DNA from: Alphaproteobacteria bacterium
GTDB taxonomy: Bacteria > Pseudomonadota > Alphaproteobacteria > UBA828
Length of the DNA stretch: 64,000 nt
Reading direction: 5' to 3'
NCBI GenBank assembly: GCA_965220745.1
Contig: CBDCQT010000013.1
Coordinates: 448,001-512,000, forward strand
In this document: positions 38,544 to 48,625 of the stretch, in pieces
How the letters are laid out: the number at the start of each line of letters is the position of its first letter
How positions within the stretch are numbered: position 1 is the stretch's first letter
Position numbers and translations under genes: made by a program
Notes under the pieces: model-generated
What the model saw: the letters and a program-made list of their open reading frames with translations, nothing else
Database searches by the model: none
Told to the model about the DNA's origin: nothing

Positions 38544-39301
38544 GCTGCCCCCGCCTGCTCTTGACTCGTCCGCACCAGGATTCTCTCGCGCTCGCGGAAG
38601 AGCTGGCGCGTCACGGCGTCGATTCGCTGATCGAGCCGATGATGACGATCCGCATCGACGACGGTGCGAAACTCGACCTTGCGGGTGTCCAGGCGATCCT
38701 CCTCACCAGCGCGAACGGCGCGCGGGCGCTTGCGGCGACGTCACCCGACGAGGATGCGCGCCGGCTTCCGGTCCTGGCCGTCGGCTGCGCCACCGCGCAG
38801 GCTGCGCAGGACGCCGGCTTCCGCTCGGTGACCGCGGCGGACAGCGACGTGGATGCGCTGGCAGCGCTCGCCCTAGCCCGACTCCGCCCAGACTCCGGCC
38901 GACTCGTCCACGTGGCCGGCCGGGTCAGCACGGGCGATTTGGCGCCCCGGCTGCGCGCCGCCGGCTTCGAGGCGGAGCGCGTGCCCCTCTACGACGCGGT
39001 GGCCTCATGTGCCTTGTCTGCGCCGGCGCGCCAGGCGTTGGAGTCGCAAGCCCTCGCCGGTGCTGCGTTTTACTCTCCCCGCACCGCGCGCCTCTTTGCT
39101 AAGCTCATGCGCGAATCGGGACTCGACTCGACGGCGCGGACACTCACCGCGTTCTGCCTGAGCCAAGCGGTGGCCGAAGCGGCAGCATCTCTTCCCTGGA
39201 AACGCGTCTCCGTGGCCACCGCGCCGCAACAGGATGCGCTCGTCGCCTGCGTCGTGAGCGCGCTCGCGCCGAGCACGCGAACGGACGAGCAGCAACGGTG
39301 A
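38540..39301 (+). CDS. hemD: Uroporphyrinogen-III synthase
   Basis: LLLTRP, LTSANGAR, AVGCATA, FYSPRTA; coupled to hemC. Confidence 0.92.
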   Translation: MSCPRLLLTRPHQDSLALAEELARHGVDSLIEPMMTIRIDDGAKLDLAGVQAILLTSANGARALAATSPDEDARRLPVLAVGCATAQAAQDAGFRSVTAADSDVDALAALALARLRPDSGRLVHVAGRVSTGDLAPRLRAAGFEAERVPLYDAVASCALSAPARQALESQALAGAAFYSPRTARLFAKLMRESGLDSTARTLTAFCLSQAVAEAAASLPWKRVSVATAPQQDALVACVVSALAPSTRTDEQQR

Positions 39302-40869
39302 GCAAGAGATCGTCCCGGCGCCGAAGAGGCCGCGACAGGCGGAACGAGAGACACATGGCGGCGCGGAAAGATGACGGCCAGGAGCCGCCGGCAAGCGGCC
39401 GGCCAAGCGTGATCTGGCGATTGCCGGCGACGCGGGGTGCGACGCAGGACGCGGACACCCCCGATGCCCCCGCCGCCGAGGCCGAGGCGGATCGCCCGAA
39501 GGGTCGCCGCGTCCCGCTGCTGGCCGCCATAGGCCTGGCTGCAGCGCTCGTTTGCGTCGGGCTTTACGCCGCGTGGTCCGAATTCGGATCCGATGTCTTC
39601 GGCATTGGCGGGGAGCAGACTGTCGCCTCGACCCCCGCCGCTGCGCCGCCCGTCGCCCAACAAACGGGTGACGGTCCGTCGGGTGAGGGCACGGCCGAGG
39701 CTCCCCCCGTCGACGGTGCCGGCGCGCCGCTCGCCGGCGCAGAGGTGGAGGACGAGGACGCCAAGACCGACCCAGTAGAGGAGTCGATCTCGGTCGCCGC
39801 CGCTCTGCAGAACGACGAGACCGCTCCACAGGAGACGGCGACGCCCGAGCCGGCAGCGCCTGCAGTGGATCCCCCGTCGCCATCGCCGGTGCTTGCCGCC
39901 GACGACCCGCCGACGACCCCGGCCGTTGCCCCCGCACACGCCGAGGAGCAGGTCGTGCCCGAGCGCGCGACCGCCGTTGCTGCCGAAACAGCTCCGGTTG
40001 CGGTCGACGAGTCCCAGCCTGCCACCCGATCGCCCGCCCAAGCCGATATCGGCAGCGACGCGCTCGGGGCGCTGAACGCTCGGCTGGAGGCCCTGGAGGC
40101 GCGGTCCGATGGTGCCATCGGCGCGGGCGCTGCGGTGATCGCCCTGGAGCAGCGGGTCCGGGTGCTCGAGGACGATCCGACGCGCGAGCCCCTCGGCGAG
40201 GCGCTCGCGGCTTGGGGTGAGCAGCGCGCCGCGCTGGAGACCGCGCTCGCTGAGGTAAGCGCGCGGCTCGCGCACTTCGAGGAAGAGGCCGCACAGCAGG
40301 CCGCCGCCGACGGGCGTCTGGTGACGCTAGTACTGGCGACGGGAGAGCTTACGGCGGCTCTCGGCTCCTCCCGCGGCTTCGCACCGGTGCTCGACACGGT
40401 TCGCGGCATCACCGGCGACGATCCCGCGTTCGAGAGCGCCCTCGCGCGGCTCGCGCCCTTCGCCGCTACCGGCGTGCCGACCATCGACGGGCTCCTCGCG
40501 CGCTTTCCCGAGGCCGCGAACGCCATCGTCCGTGCCGCGCCCGCGACCGAGGACGCCGACTGGATCGACGAGACGGTCACCCGGCTGAGCCAGCTCGTGA
40601 CGATCCGCAAGACCAGCGGCGCGATCGATCCTCAGAGCCTCGACGGCCGTCTGGTCGAGGCCGAATCGGCGCTCGCGACCGGCGATCTCGGGCGCGCGAT
40701 CGCCATCGTCGAGGCGACGATGCCCGGTGCCGTCGAGGCCATCAGCGCCCAAACCTGGCTACGCGACGCCCGCGCCCGACAGGAGGCCGACGACGCGCTC
40801 GCCGCTCTTGTCGCCGCCGTCCACGCCCGCATCGGCGCCCGTTGGGCAACGACCGGCGGGACGCAATGA
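39298..40869 (+). CDS. Mitofilin / alphaMic60 (COG4223) inner membrane protein
   Basis: Single TM helix, long Pro/Ala/Glu linker, coiled coil, GVPT...RF, LVTIR, GDL..A and WL..ARAR motifs; hemD-X-hemY synteny. Confidence 0.85.
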   Translation: MSKRSSRRRRGRDRRNERHMAARKDDGQEPPASGRPSVIWRLPATRGATQDADTPDAPAAEAEADRPKGRRVPLLAAIGLAAALVCVGLYAAWSEFGSDVFGIGGEQTVASTPAAAPPVAQQTGDGPSGEGTAEAPPVDGAGAPLAGAEVEDEDAKTDPVEESISVAAALQNDETAPQETATPEPAAPAVDPPSPSPVLAADDPPTTPAVAPAHAEEQVVPERATAVAAETAPVAVDESQPATRSPAQADIGSDALGALNARLEALEARSDGAIGAGAAVIALEQRVRVLEDDPTREPLGEALAAWGEQRAALETALAEVSARLAHFEEEAAQQAAADGRLVTLVLATGELTAALGSSRGFAPVLDTVRGITGDDPAFESALARLAPFAATGVPTIDGLLARFPEAANAIVRAAPATEDADWIDETVTRLSQLVTIRKTSGAIDPQSLDGRLVEAESALATGDLGRAIAIVEATMPGAVEAISAQTWLRDARARQEADDALAALVAAVHARIGARWATTGGTQ

Positions 40870-42248
40870 TTCGCATCATCGCCTTCGTCGTCGCGGTGAC
40901 CGTCGTGGCGGCGGCTGCGACCTGGATCTCGGAGCCGCCCGGCCGTGTCGAGATCGCCTGGGACGACTATATGGTCGAGACCTCGCCGGGGACCCTGGCT
41001 GCGGCCCTCGCCGTGGCTGCGGCCATCGTCCTGGTGATTGCCGCCGTCGTGCGCTTCGTCTGGATCGGTCCGCGCCGGGTCGCATTAGCGCGCCGGCGCC
41101 GCCGCGAGCGTCTAGGCTATCGCGCGCTGACCCAGGGGCTGGTCGCTGCGGCGGCGGGCGACCCAAAGCGTGCTCGCCGCTTCGCGCGTCGCGCCGATGC
41201 GCTGCTGGAGGAGCCCCCGCTGACGCTCCTGCTCTCGGCCCAGGCGGCACAGCTCGAGGGCGACGACCACGCCGCGCGCGGCTATTTCGAGGCCATGCTC
41301 GACCAGCCAGCGACGGCGTTCCTCGGATTGCGCGGCTTGCTCGTTCAGGCCGAGCGCACCGGCGACACGGCGAGGGCGCTGGAGCTTGCGGAGCAGGCTT
41401 TCACTCTCCGGCCCGAGACGCCCTGGGTCCTTACCGCGCTGTTGGAGATGCAGACACGAGCGGGGCGCTGGTCGGATGCGCTCAATACGGTCAAGCAGGC
41501 CCTGCGCCACGGCGCGGTGGGTGACGAGGTCGGCCGCCGACGCCAGGCGGGATTGCTCTTCGAGCGTGCGCGGGCGTTGCGCGAGCAGGGCGAGGTGAGG
41601 GAGGCGCTGCGCGTCGCCGACGAAGCGCGCGCGGCGGATGCGGCGTTCCTGCCCGCAGCGCTGCTAGGCGCCGGACTCGCCAAGGAAGCCGGCCGAGACA
41701 GTGCTGCGCAGCGGGCGGTGATCGATGCCTGGCGTCATTGTCCTCACCCGGCGCTCGGCCGGCTCTTTCTCGCGCTCCACGCCGACAGTTCGGCCGCAGA
41801 GCGGCTGAAGCGGGTCGAGACGCTGGTGGCCAACAACAGCGACCACGCCGAGAGCCTCATGCTGCTCGCGAACCAGGCGTTCGAAGCGAAGCAGTGGGGG
41901 ACGGCGCGCCAGCACCTGGAGCGCGCCGCGGTTGAGTGCCCCAGCGCCGGCGTCTACCGCCTGCTGGCACGTCTGGAGGAGGCCGAGACGGGGGACGGCG
42001 ACGCGGTCCGGCGGCGCCTCCAGCAGGCGAGCGAGGCGTCGCCCGATCCGGCCTGGCTCTGCACCCGCTGCGCCAGCGCGAGCCCGGCGTGGTCGATCGT
42101 CTGCGATCGCTGCGGTGCCTTTGATGCGATCGAGTGGCGCACACCGTCACGCGTCGAGGCAAGTGCCTTGCCGCCAGATACTGCCGCCTCTGCCGACGAC
42201 GATGAAGAGCAACCAGTACCGGCGGCCGCAGGCACTGCCGCCGAGTGA
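40866..42248 (+). CDS. hemY: HemY_N/TPR membrane protein
   Basis: PGRVEIAW, LLSAQAAQLEGD, FLGLRGL, PHPAL, C-terminal WLCTRC...CDRC zinc ribbon. Confidence 0.88.
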   Translation: MIRIIAFVVAVTVVAAAATWISEPPGRVEIAWDDYMVETSPGTLAAALAVAAAIVLVIAAVVRFVWIGPRRVALARRRRRERLGYRALTQGLVAAAAGDPKRARRFARRADALLEEPPLTLLLSAQAAQLEGDDHAARGYFEAMLDQPATAFLGLRGLLVQAERTGDTARALELAEQAFTLRPETPWVLTALLEMQTRAGRWSDALNTVKQALRHGAVGDEVGRRRQAGLLFERARALREQGEVREALRVADEARAADAAFLPAALLGAGLAKEAGRDSAAQRAVIDAWRHCPHPALGRLFLALHADSSAAERLKRVETLVANNSDHAESLMLLANQAFEAKQWGTARQHLERAAVECPSAGVYRLLARLEEAETGDGDAVRRRLQQASEASPDPAWLCTRCASASPAWSIVCDRCGAFDAIEWRTPSRVEASALPPDTAASADDDEEQPVPAAAGTAAE

Positions 42249-42333
42249 TCGTTCTTGCGGGAAGCCAGGGCCAGCCCGCGATTGGCGCCTTTACAATGCA
42301 GCGTGCCTTGACGATAGTCCGGCGCGGAAGCGG

Positions 42334-42409
42334 GCCGCAGTAGCTCAGTCGGTAGAGCAATGCATTCGTAATGCATGGGTCGGGAGTTCGAATCTCTCCT
42401 GCGGCACCA
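42334..42409 (+). tRNA. tRNA-Thr(CGT)
   Basis: GCCGCAGTAGCTCAGTCGGTAGAGCA, anticodon arm ATGCA-TT-CGT-AA-TGCAT, GTTCGAATC, CCA. Confidence 0.97.
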
Positions 42410-42542
42410 GCCCCCGGATTCATGCGTTCCTACCCATTCTCGAAATCTGTTGTTTGGCGCGGGGATCTGACGCTGATCGGCACTGTAACCCATTGAGACA
42501 GCGAGGCTCTGGAGGGGGCAAAGTTCGGCGCCCATCAACACC

Positions 42543-43310
42543 GTGAGCTCCACGACTCTGCCCGAGCCGTGCCCGGATTGGGCATTGTTTCTCGACTTTG
42601 ACGGCTGCATCGTCGATATCGCGCCGACGCCGGAGGCCGTCGACGTTCCAGGCCGCTTGCCTTCGCTATTGGTCGCGTTGCGCGAGGCGTTGGGGGGCGC
42701 CGTCGCGATCGTAACAGGCCGACCCATCGACCAGATCGAGGGCTTTCTGGGCACTGCCGTCCCGGCTGTTGCCGGGTTGCACGGGCTTGAACGACGCACG
42801 TCGGATGGCAGGATCGTGCGTCCTTCCTTGCCACGGAGTGACTTGCACGTTGTCCGGGCGCTGCTGAAGGAGTTTGCGGCGCAGCGTCCGGGTATTCTCG
42901 TCGAGGACAAGACATACACTCTCGGCCTTCACTATCGCCTTGCCCCGTCGCTGCGAGATGACTGCAGGGATGTCGTGAACGCCGCCCTCAAGGTTGCTCC
43001 GCAGGGTTGGCAGGTCGTCGAAGGCAAGTTCGTATTCGAACTCAGACCGCGCGAGCACACCAAGGGTACAGCCATAGAAGCGTTCATGGGCGAAGCGCCG
43101 TTCCTCGGGCGAACGCCCGTATTCTGCGGTGATGACATCACCGACGAAGACGGATTCGAGGCCGTCAACGCGCGGGGCGGCGTGAGCATCCGCGTCGGCA
43201 CAGGCTCGGCCACGCGGGCAGCGACGCAGGTCGATACGGTCGGCGAACTGCTGGACTGGTTGCAGCGGGTGGCCGGCGCAACGGGGCCTATGCCTCCGAG
43301 AGCCGGGTGA
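42543..43310 (+). CDS. otsB: Trehalose-6-phosphate phosphatase
   Basis: LFLDFDGCIVDIAPTP, GLHGLE, GKFVFELRP, KG, GDDITDEDGF (HAD). Confidence 0.93.
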   Translation: MSSTTLPEPCPDWALFLDFDGCIVDIAPTPEAVDVPGRLPSLLVALREALGGAVAIVTGRPIDQIEGFLGTAVPAVAGLHGLERRTSDGRIVRPSLPRSDLHVVRALLKEFAAQRPGILVEDKTYTLGLHYRLAPSLRDDCRDVVNAALKVAPQGWQVVEGKFVFELRPREHTKGTAIEAFMGEAPFLGRTPVFCGDDITDEDGFEAVNARGGVSIRVGTGSATRAATQVDTVGELLDWLQRVAGATGPMPPRAG

Positions 43311-44670
43311 CGAACCGCTCGAACCAGGCCTCCACACTGTTCGACCGGAGAACCTGCATCGATCTCCGCCAGCGCTCGCTCCGCTCCTCGGCAGGCATCA
43401 TGAGTGCCGTCTGGATGGTTTTGGCGACGCCTTCCACGTCATAGGGATTCACGATCAACGCGTCCGGCAGATGCTCGGCCGCTCCGGCGAAGCGCGAGAG
43501 TACGAGGACACCCGGATCGTTCGGCGGCTGGGATGCCAGATACTCCATGGCGACGAGATTCATGCCATCGCGCAAGGGCGTGACCAGGCCGACCTGCGCG
43601 AGACGCAGAAAGCCGAACAGGGTTCGCCGGCCGAAGCTCTTGTTCAGGTAGCGGATCGGTACCCAATCGACGTCCGCCAACTCACCGTTCACGTGTCCGG
43701 CCAGCGTCTCGAGCGTGCGCCGGATCTCGGAATACTCGGCGATCCCACCGCGGCTGGGGGGCGCGACCTGCATCAGGGAGACGCGGTTGAGGTGGCGGGG
43801 ATAGGCCCGCAGAAAATGTGCAAACGCATCGAAGCGCTGTACCAGTCCCTTCGAGTAGTCGAGCCGGTCCACGCCGATGATCAGCCGGCGCCCGGCGAGG
43901 CTGACCCGAAGGCGCTCGAATTCCCGGCTGCTCTCGGCCCTGGCCGCGTTGCGCTCGACATAACGAGTGTCGATGCCGATCGGATGGGTCTCGACCCTGA
44001 AGACCCTCCGGAACGCGCGAACGACTGCGCCTCCCTCTCGGTCCTCCACCCTGGCTCCCGCCTCGCGAACCAGATAGTCGAGAAGGTGAGCCCGGTCCGT
44101 CTCCGTCTGGAAGCCGACGAGATCGAAGTAGGAGAAGCAGCGCATGAGGTCCTTGTGCACCGGCAGGGTCGCGAGCAGCTCCCGCGGCGGCAGGGGTGTG
44201 TGCAGAAAGAGGCCCAACCGGTTCCGTATCCCGAGCCGGCGCAGTTCCTGGCCGAGCGGAATCAGGTGGTAATCGTGGACCCAGATCAGGTCGTCGGGCT
44301 GCAGCAGGCCGGCCAGCCTGCGGGCGAACTCCCTGTTGACGCGCCGATAGCCGGTGTAGTTGCCGCGATCGAAGTTGACGAGATCGATGCGATAATGAAA
44401 CAGCGGCCAGAGCGTGGAGTTCGCGAAGCGATTGTAATACTCCTCGTGGTCGCGTTCGCTGAGATCCACGGTGGCGCGGGCAAGTCGTCCGCTCTCGGTT
44501 ACCCTCACAGTCTCGTCGGGAACGGCGACCACCTCGCCACTCCAACCGAACCAGACACCCCCGGAGCGCCGCAAGGCCGCGAGCACAGCCACGGCCAGAC
44601 CGCCCGCAGCAGTCTTGCCCTCGTTGACCGGCGCAACCCGGTTGGATACGACGACAATGCGATTCGTCAT
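43288..44670 (-). CDS. otsA: Trehalose-6-phosphate synthase
   Basis: VVSNRV, AGGLA, WFGWSG, IWVHDYHL, GVDRLDYSKG, PLRDGMNLVA, LSRFAGAA. Confidence 0.96.
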   Translation of the reverse strand: MTNRIVVVSNRVAPVNEGKTAAGGLAVAVLAALRRSGGVWFGWSGEVVAVPDETVRVTESGRLARATVDLSERDHEEYYNRFANSTLWPLFHYRIDLVNFDRGNYTGYRRVNREFARRLAGLLQPDDLIWVHDYHLIPLGQELRRLGIRNRLGLFLHTPLPPRELLATLPVHKDLMRCFSYFDLVGFQTETDRAHLLDYLVREAGARVEDREGGAVVRAFRRVFRVETHPIGIDTRYVERNAARAESSREFERLRVSLAGRRLIIGVDRLDYSKGLVQRFDAFAHFLRAYPRHLNRVSLMQVAPPSRGGIAEYSEIRRTLETLAGHVNGELADVDWVPIRYLNKSFGRRTLFGFLRLAQVGLVTPLRDGMNLVAMEYLASQPPNDPGVLVLSRFAGAAEHLPDALIVNPYDVEGVAKTIQTALMMPAEERSERWRRSMQVLRSNSVEAWFERFVTRLSEA

Positions 44671-44755
44671 GGGTGTCGCGATACCCCACGATTGGAATCA
44701 TTCGACTCGTCCCGACGACGCAAACCCGGCGGGAACAGGCGTCGGACTCATACCA

Positions 44756-46540
44756 TCAGAACGCATCCTCCCATGGCCGGGAGAGCTTGATCGCCGAGGT
44801 GATCAACCCGACCATGCTGTAGGTCTGTGGGAAGTTCCCCCACAACTCTCCCGTCTTCGGATCGAGGTCTTCCGACAGGAGGCCCATCGAGTTGCATGAG
44901 GCGAGCATGTTTTCGAACAGCCGCCGCGCCTCATCCCGTCTGCCGAGGGCCGCGATGGCATCGATGTACCAGAACGTGCAAACGTTGAACGCATTCTCTG
45001 GCGCCCCGAAATCGTCCGTTTCGACATATCGAAACACGTGATCGCCGCGACGCAGTTCGCGTTCGACCGCTGCCACGGTGTCACTGAAACGCGGATACCA
45101 GGCGCTGCAATACGAAATCTCGTGCATGAGCAACAAAGCCGCGTCGATTTCGCTGCCTCCGAACGCGCTCACATAGCACCGCTTTTCCTCGTTCCAGGCC
45201 TCGCGCTCGATGCATTCCCTGATCGTTTCGGCGCGTGCGCCCCACAACTCGGCGCGATCCTCGAGTTCGAGATGGCGGGCGATGAGCGCGAGGCGGTCGC
45301 AGGCCGCCCAGCACATGAGGACCGAAAACGTGTGGATGCGCTCGGTGCCGCGAAGCTCCCAGATGCCCGCGTCCACCTTGTCGTAGAGCCGGAACGCCGC
45401 TTCGCCGACCCGTTCCAGCACGCGGAACAAGCTCTCGTCTCCTTGCAAATCGATTCGCTCGTCGAAAAACGCCTGCGCGCAGGCGAGGATGACGGTGCCG
45501 TAGACGTCATTCTGGGTCTGGACATAGGCGAGATTGCCGGCGCGCACCGGCTGGTGATCGCGATAGCCCCGGAGAGAATCGATCTCGCGCTCCGTAAGCT
45601 CGGTCTCCATGTTGATGCCGAACACCGGCTGGAGCGTGCCGTCAGGGCTCGCGGCGACGATGTTCAGGATGTAGTTGAGATACTCTTCCATGGTGCGGGT
45701 GATGCCCAGGCGATTGAATGCGCGAACGACGAAATAGGAATCGCGCAGCCAGCAAAAGCGGTAATCCCAGGTGCGGGAGGTTCCGTTCGCCTCGGGTACG
45801 GACGTGGTGATGGCGGCCACCATGGCGCCGGTCTCTTCGACCTCGCACAGCTTGAGCGTGATGGCCGCCCGGATCACGGAGCTCTGCCATTCGAATGGCA
45901 GCGCGAGGTAACGGACCCATTCCCGCCAATAGTCCTCCGTCCTTTCGAAGAACTCTCGGGAAAGCTCCGCGATGTCTCGTTCGAGGGAGTCATCAGGGCC
46001 GAGAATGAGGTCCAACGGGCGGTTCAGCAGGAACGCCGTCTCCTCGAGCACGAAAGAAACCGGCGCGTTGGTGGTGAGCCGCAGGACGTGGTCGGGCAGG
46101 ACGTAACGCACGTGATTGCTGCCGCGCGTGACGGTCGGCCGCTCGGCACCGTAGTTCCCGGCCGGCCGCAGCCTTACGCGGACATGCGGGCTGCCGGAGA
46201 GCGGAATCAGCCGGCGTACCAGAGTCAGGGGGCGCGCGAGGCGGCCGTGCCGCTTGAAGCGTGGTGCGAAGTCCTGGACCTTGAGCGCATCGCCGGACTT
46301 GCTGCGCAGCGTCGTTTCGACGATCGCCGTATTCGGCAGATAGCGCTGCTCGCTGGTGGCGAGGTCGTCGAGCTCCACCTCATAGAAGCCAACGGGTTCG
46401 ATCGGCTGCAGCAGATCGCAGAATACCGGGTTGCCGTCGAAACGGGGCATGCACGCCCAGACCAGGCGCGCCCGCGAGTCGAGCAGGCCCGCATAGGTGC
46501 AGTTCCCGATGATGGCGAGATCAAGCGAGTGCATCCCCAC
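44756..46540 (-). CDS. Glycoside hydrolase family 15 (trehalase/glucoamylase-like)
   Basis: TTSVPE, WDYRFCWLRDS, QNDVYG, AGIWELR, GLLSED, GNFPQTYS. Confidence 0.93.
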   Translation of the reverse strand: MGMHSLDLAIIGNCTYAGLLDSRARLVWACMPRFDGNPVFCDLLQPIEPVGFYEVELDDLATSEQRYLPNTAIVETTLRSKSGDALKVQDFAPRFKRHGRLARPLTLVRRLIPLSGSPHVRVRLRPAGNYGAERPTVTRGSNHVRYVLPDHVLRLTTNAPVSFVLEETAFLLNRPLDLILGPDDSLERDIAELSREFFERTEDYWREWVRYLALPFEWQSSVIRAAITLKLCEVEETGAMVAAITTSVPEANGTSRTWDYRFCWLRDSYFVVRAFNRLGITRTMEEYLNYILNIVAASPDGTLQPVFGINMETELTEREIDSLRGYRDHQPVRAGNLAYVQTQNDVYGTVILACAQAFFDERIDLQGDESLFRVLERVGEAAFRLYDKVDAGIWELRGTERIHTFSVLMCWAACDRLALIARHLELEDRAELWGARAETIRECIEREAWNEEKRCYVSAFGGSEIDAALLLMHEISYCSAWYPRFSDTVAAVERELRRGDHVFRYVETDDFGAPENAFNVCTFWYIDAIAALGRRDEARRLFENMLASCNSMGLLSEDLDPKTGELWGNFPQTYSMVGLITSAIKLSRPWEDAF

Positions 46541-46677
46541 CCCTTTGCCGCAAGCCCGGCATCGTCACCCCGGATTCGGCAGTATACCATCGCGCCGATG
46601 GGGCACTGACCGGCCGCGACGCCGGAACCGGTCGCCGGATGCGTGGCCGGCCTAGCGGCTGGCTGAATCGGCCCTGT

Positions 46678-48447
46678 CTAGTGAGAGTGCCGGGGCAGCT
46701 TCGCCGACACGGAGCGATAGCGGGTCGCGAATTCCAGACAGCCACCATCCGCCAGCTGCCCGACGTGAGCGCGATAGAGCTCCTCCCATGGCGTGTGGTG
46801 TTCGAGCTCGGCGGGCGTGTGGGCGGCGCGGCGGGTCGCCAGGGTTTCCTCGGGCTGCAGAATGTCGACCCGCCGGCGGCGGAGGTCGACCCTGAGCCGG
46901 TCGCCTGTCTCCAGGATTGCGAGGTTGCCGCCGACGGCGCTTTCGGGGCTGGCGTTCAGGATCGAGGGACTGCCGGAGGTGCCGGACTGCCGACCGTCGC
47001 CGATTGTCGGCAGCTCATGGATGCCCGCCCGTATGAGCTCCGCCGGCGGCTGCATGTTCACGACTTCTGCCGATCCGGGATATCCGACGGGCCCGGTGCC
47101 GCGCATCACCAGGATGCTGGTCTCGTCGATCCCGAGCGTCGGGTCGTCGATGCGGGCTCGATAGTCTTCCGGACCGTCGAAGACGATGGCTCTCCCCTCG
47201 AACGCGTCGGGGTCGTCGGCGGACTCGAGAAAACGGGCGCGAAAGCTGTCGGAGATCCCGCTCGTCTTCATGATCGCAGCGCTGAAGAGGTTGCCGCTCA
47301 TGACCACGAATCCGGCCCGTTCCTTCAGCGGCCTGTCGAACGGGCGGATGACATCCTCGTCGGATGGCGCGGCGCGGGCGACGTTCTCCGCCACCGTCCT
47401 GCCGTTCACCGTGGAAGCATCGCCGTTCAGCTTTCCCGCGCGCAGGAGCTCTCCCATGACGGCGGGCACGCCGCCGGCGCGGTGATAGTCCTCCGCCAGG
47501 TAGTCGCCGGCCGGCTGGCAGTTGACCAGCAGCGGCACGTCGTAGCCCACCGCCTGCCAGTCTTCGAGCGTGAGTTCGACGCCGATGTGACGCGCGATCG
47601 CATTGATATGAATGGGCGCGTTGGTCGAACCGCCGATCGCGCTGTTGACCGCGATGGCGTTCTCGAAGGCGGCGCGGGTCAGGACCTTCGCCGGCGTGAG
47701 ATCCTCGTGGATCATCGAGACGATTCTCCGGCCGGTCTCGTAGGCGTACTGGGCCCGCTCCTTGTTCGGTGCGGGCGGCGTGGCCGAACCCGGCAGCGAC
47801 ATGCCGAGTGCTTCGGCGAGCGAGTTCATGGTGGACGCCGTTCCCATGGTGTTGCAGTGGCCAGGGCTCGGCGCCGACGAGGCCACCATCTCGATGAACT
47901 CCTCGTCGGTGATGTTACCGGCGGCGAGCAGCCGGCGGGCTTCCCAGAGGATGGTGCCCGAACCGGCTCGGCGGCCCTCCCACCAGCCGTTCAGCATCGG
48001 GCCGCCATTGAGCGAGACCGCGGGGAGGTTCGCCGTCGCTGCCGCCATGATCATCGCCGGCGTGGTCTTGTCGCAGCCCGTCGTCAAGATGACGCCGTCG
48101 ATCGGATAGCCGTGCAGGATCTCCACCAGGCCCAGGTAGGCGAGATTGCGGTCGATAGCAGCCGTCGGCCGTCGGCCGCTTTCCTGGATCGGGTGAACCG
48201 GAAATTCGAGGGGGATGCCGCCTGCCTCGCGGATGCCGGCCCGCATGCGTTCCGCCAAGCTCTGGTGGATGCGGTTGCATGGCGAGAGGTCGGACCCTGT
48301 CTGCGCGATCCCGACGATGGGCTTGCCGGATTGCAGTTCTTCGCGGGTCAGGCCGAAGTTCATGTAGCGCTCGATATAAAGTGCGGTCATGCCGGGATCG
48401 AGGGGATCGTCGAACCAGCTTCGGCTGCGAAGCGTTTTCCGGGCCAT
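46678..48447 (-). CDS. IlvD/Edd family dehydratase (pentonate/D-xylonate dehydratase-like)
   Basis: SDLSPCNRIH, TGCDKTTPA, GHCNTMGTASTMN, GGSTNA, GDGRQSGTS, LNASPE; N-terminus LRSRSWFDDP..MTALYIERYMNFG is typical of the sugar-acid clade. Confidence 0.9.
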   Translation of the reverse strand: MARKTLRSRSWFDDPLDPGMTALYIERYMNFGLTREELQSGKPIVGIAQTGSDLSPCNRIHQSLAERMRAGIREAGGIPLEFPVHPIQESGRRPTAAIDRNLAYLGLVEILHGYPIDGVILTTGCDKTTPAMIMAAATANLPAVSLNGGPMLNGWWEGRRAGSGTILWEARRLLAAGNITDEEFIEMVASSAPSPGHCNTMGTASTMNSLAEALGMSLPGSATPPAPNKERAQYAYETGRRIVSMIHEDLTPAKVLTRAAFENAIAVNSAIGGSTNAPIHINAIARHIGVELTLEDWQAVGYDVPLLVNCQPAGDYLAEDYHRAGGVPAVMGELLRAGKLNGDASTVNGRTVAENVARAAPSDEDVIRPFDRPLKERAGFVVMSGNLFSAAIMKTSGISDSFRARFLESADDPDAFEGRAIVFDGPEDYRARIDDPTLGIDETSILVMRGTGPVGYPGSAEVVNMQPPAELIRAGIHELPTIGDGRQSGTSGSPSILNASPESAVGGNLAILETGDRLRVDLRRRRVDILQPEETLATRRAAHTPAELEHHTPWEELYRAHVGQLADGGCLEFATRYRSVSAKLPRHSH

Positions 48448-48575
48448 GAGCACTCCTCCCAAGTTGCCGCTCTCAACTTAGCGAGCGGATGCATCACCGG
48501 GAAGGCGCTCAACATGTCGTGGAACTGGGATACTCTGGTCTGGCCGAGACGCCGGCCGGCAATGCCGCAAACCAA

Positions 48576-48593
48576 TTAGCGTTCATGCGCTAA
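48576..48593. promoter_or_regulatory. Palindromic operator candidate
   Basis: TTAGCG-N6-CGCTAA between the divergent dehydratase and mandelate-racemase-like genes. Confidence 0.4.
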
Positions 48594-48625
48594 GAACCTC
48601 CGCAACGCCCATGGAGCCCCGATCG

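Noticed and set aside
39298-40869. Long low-complexity Pro/Ala/Glu region as a novel protein
   Set aside because: Explained as the linker of the known alphaMic60/mitofilin protein in the conserved hemC-hemD-mic60-hemY locus.
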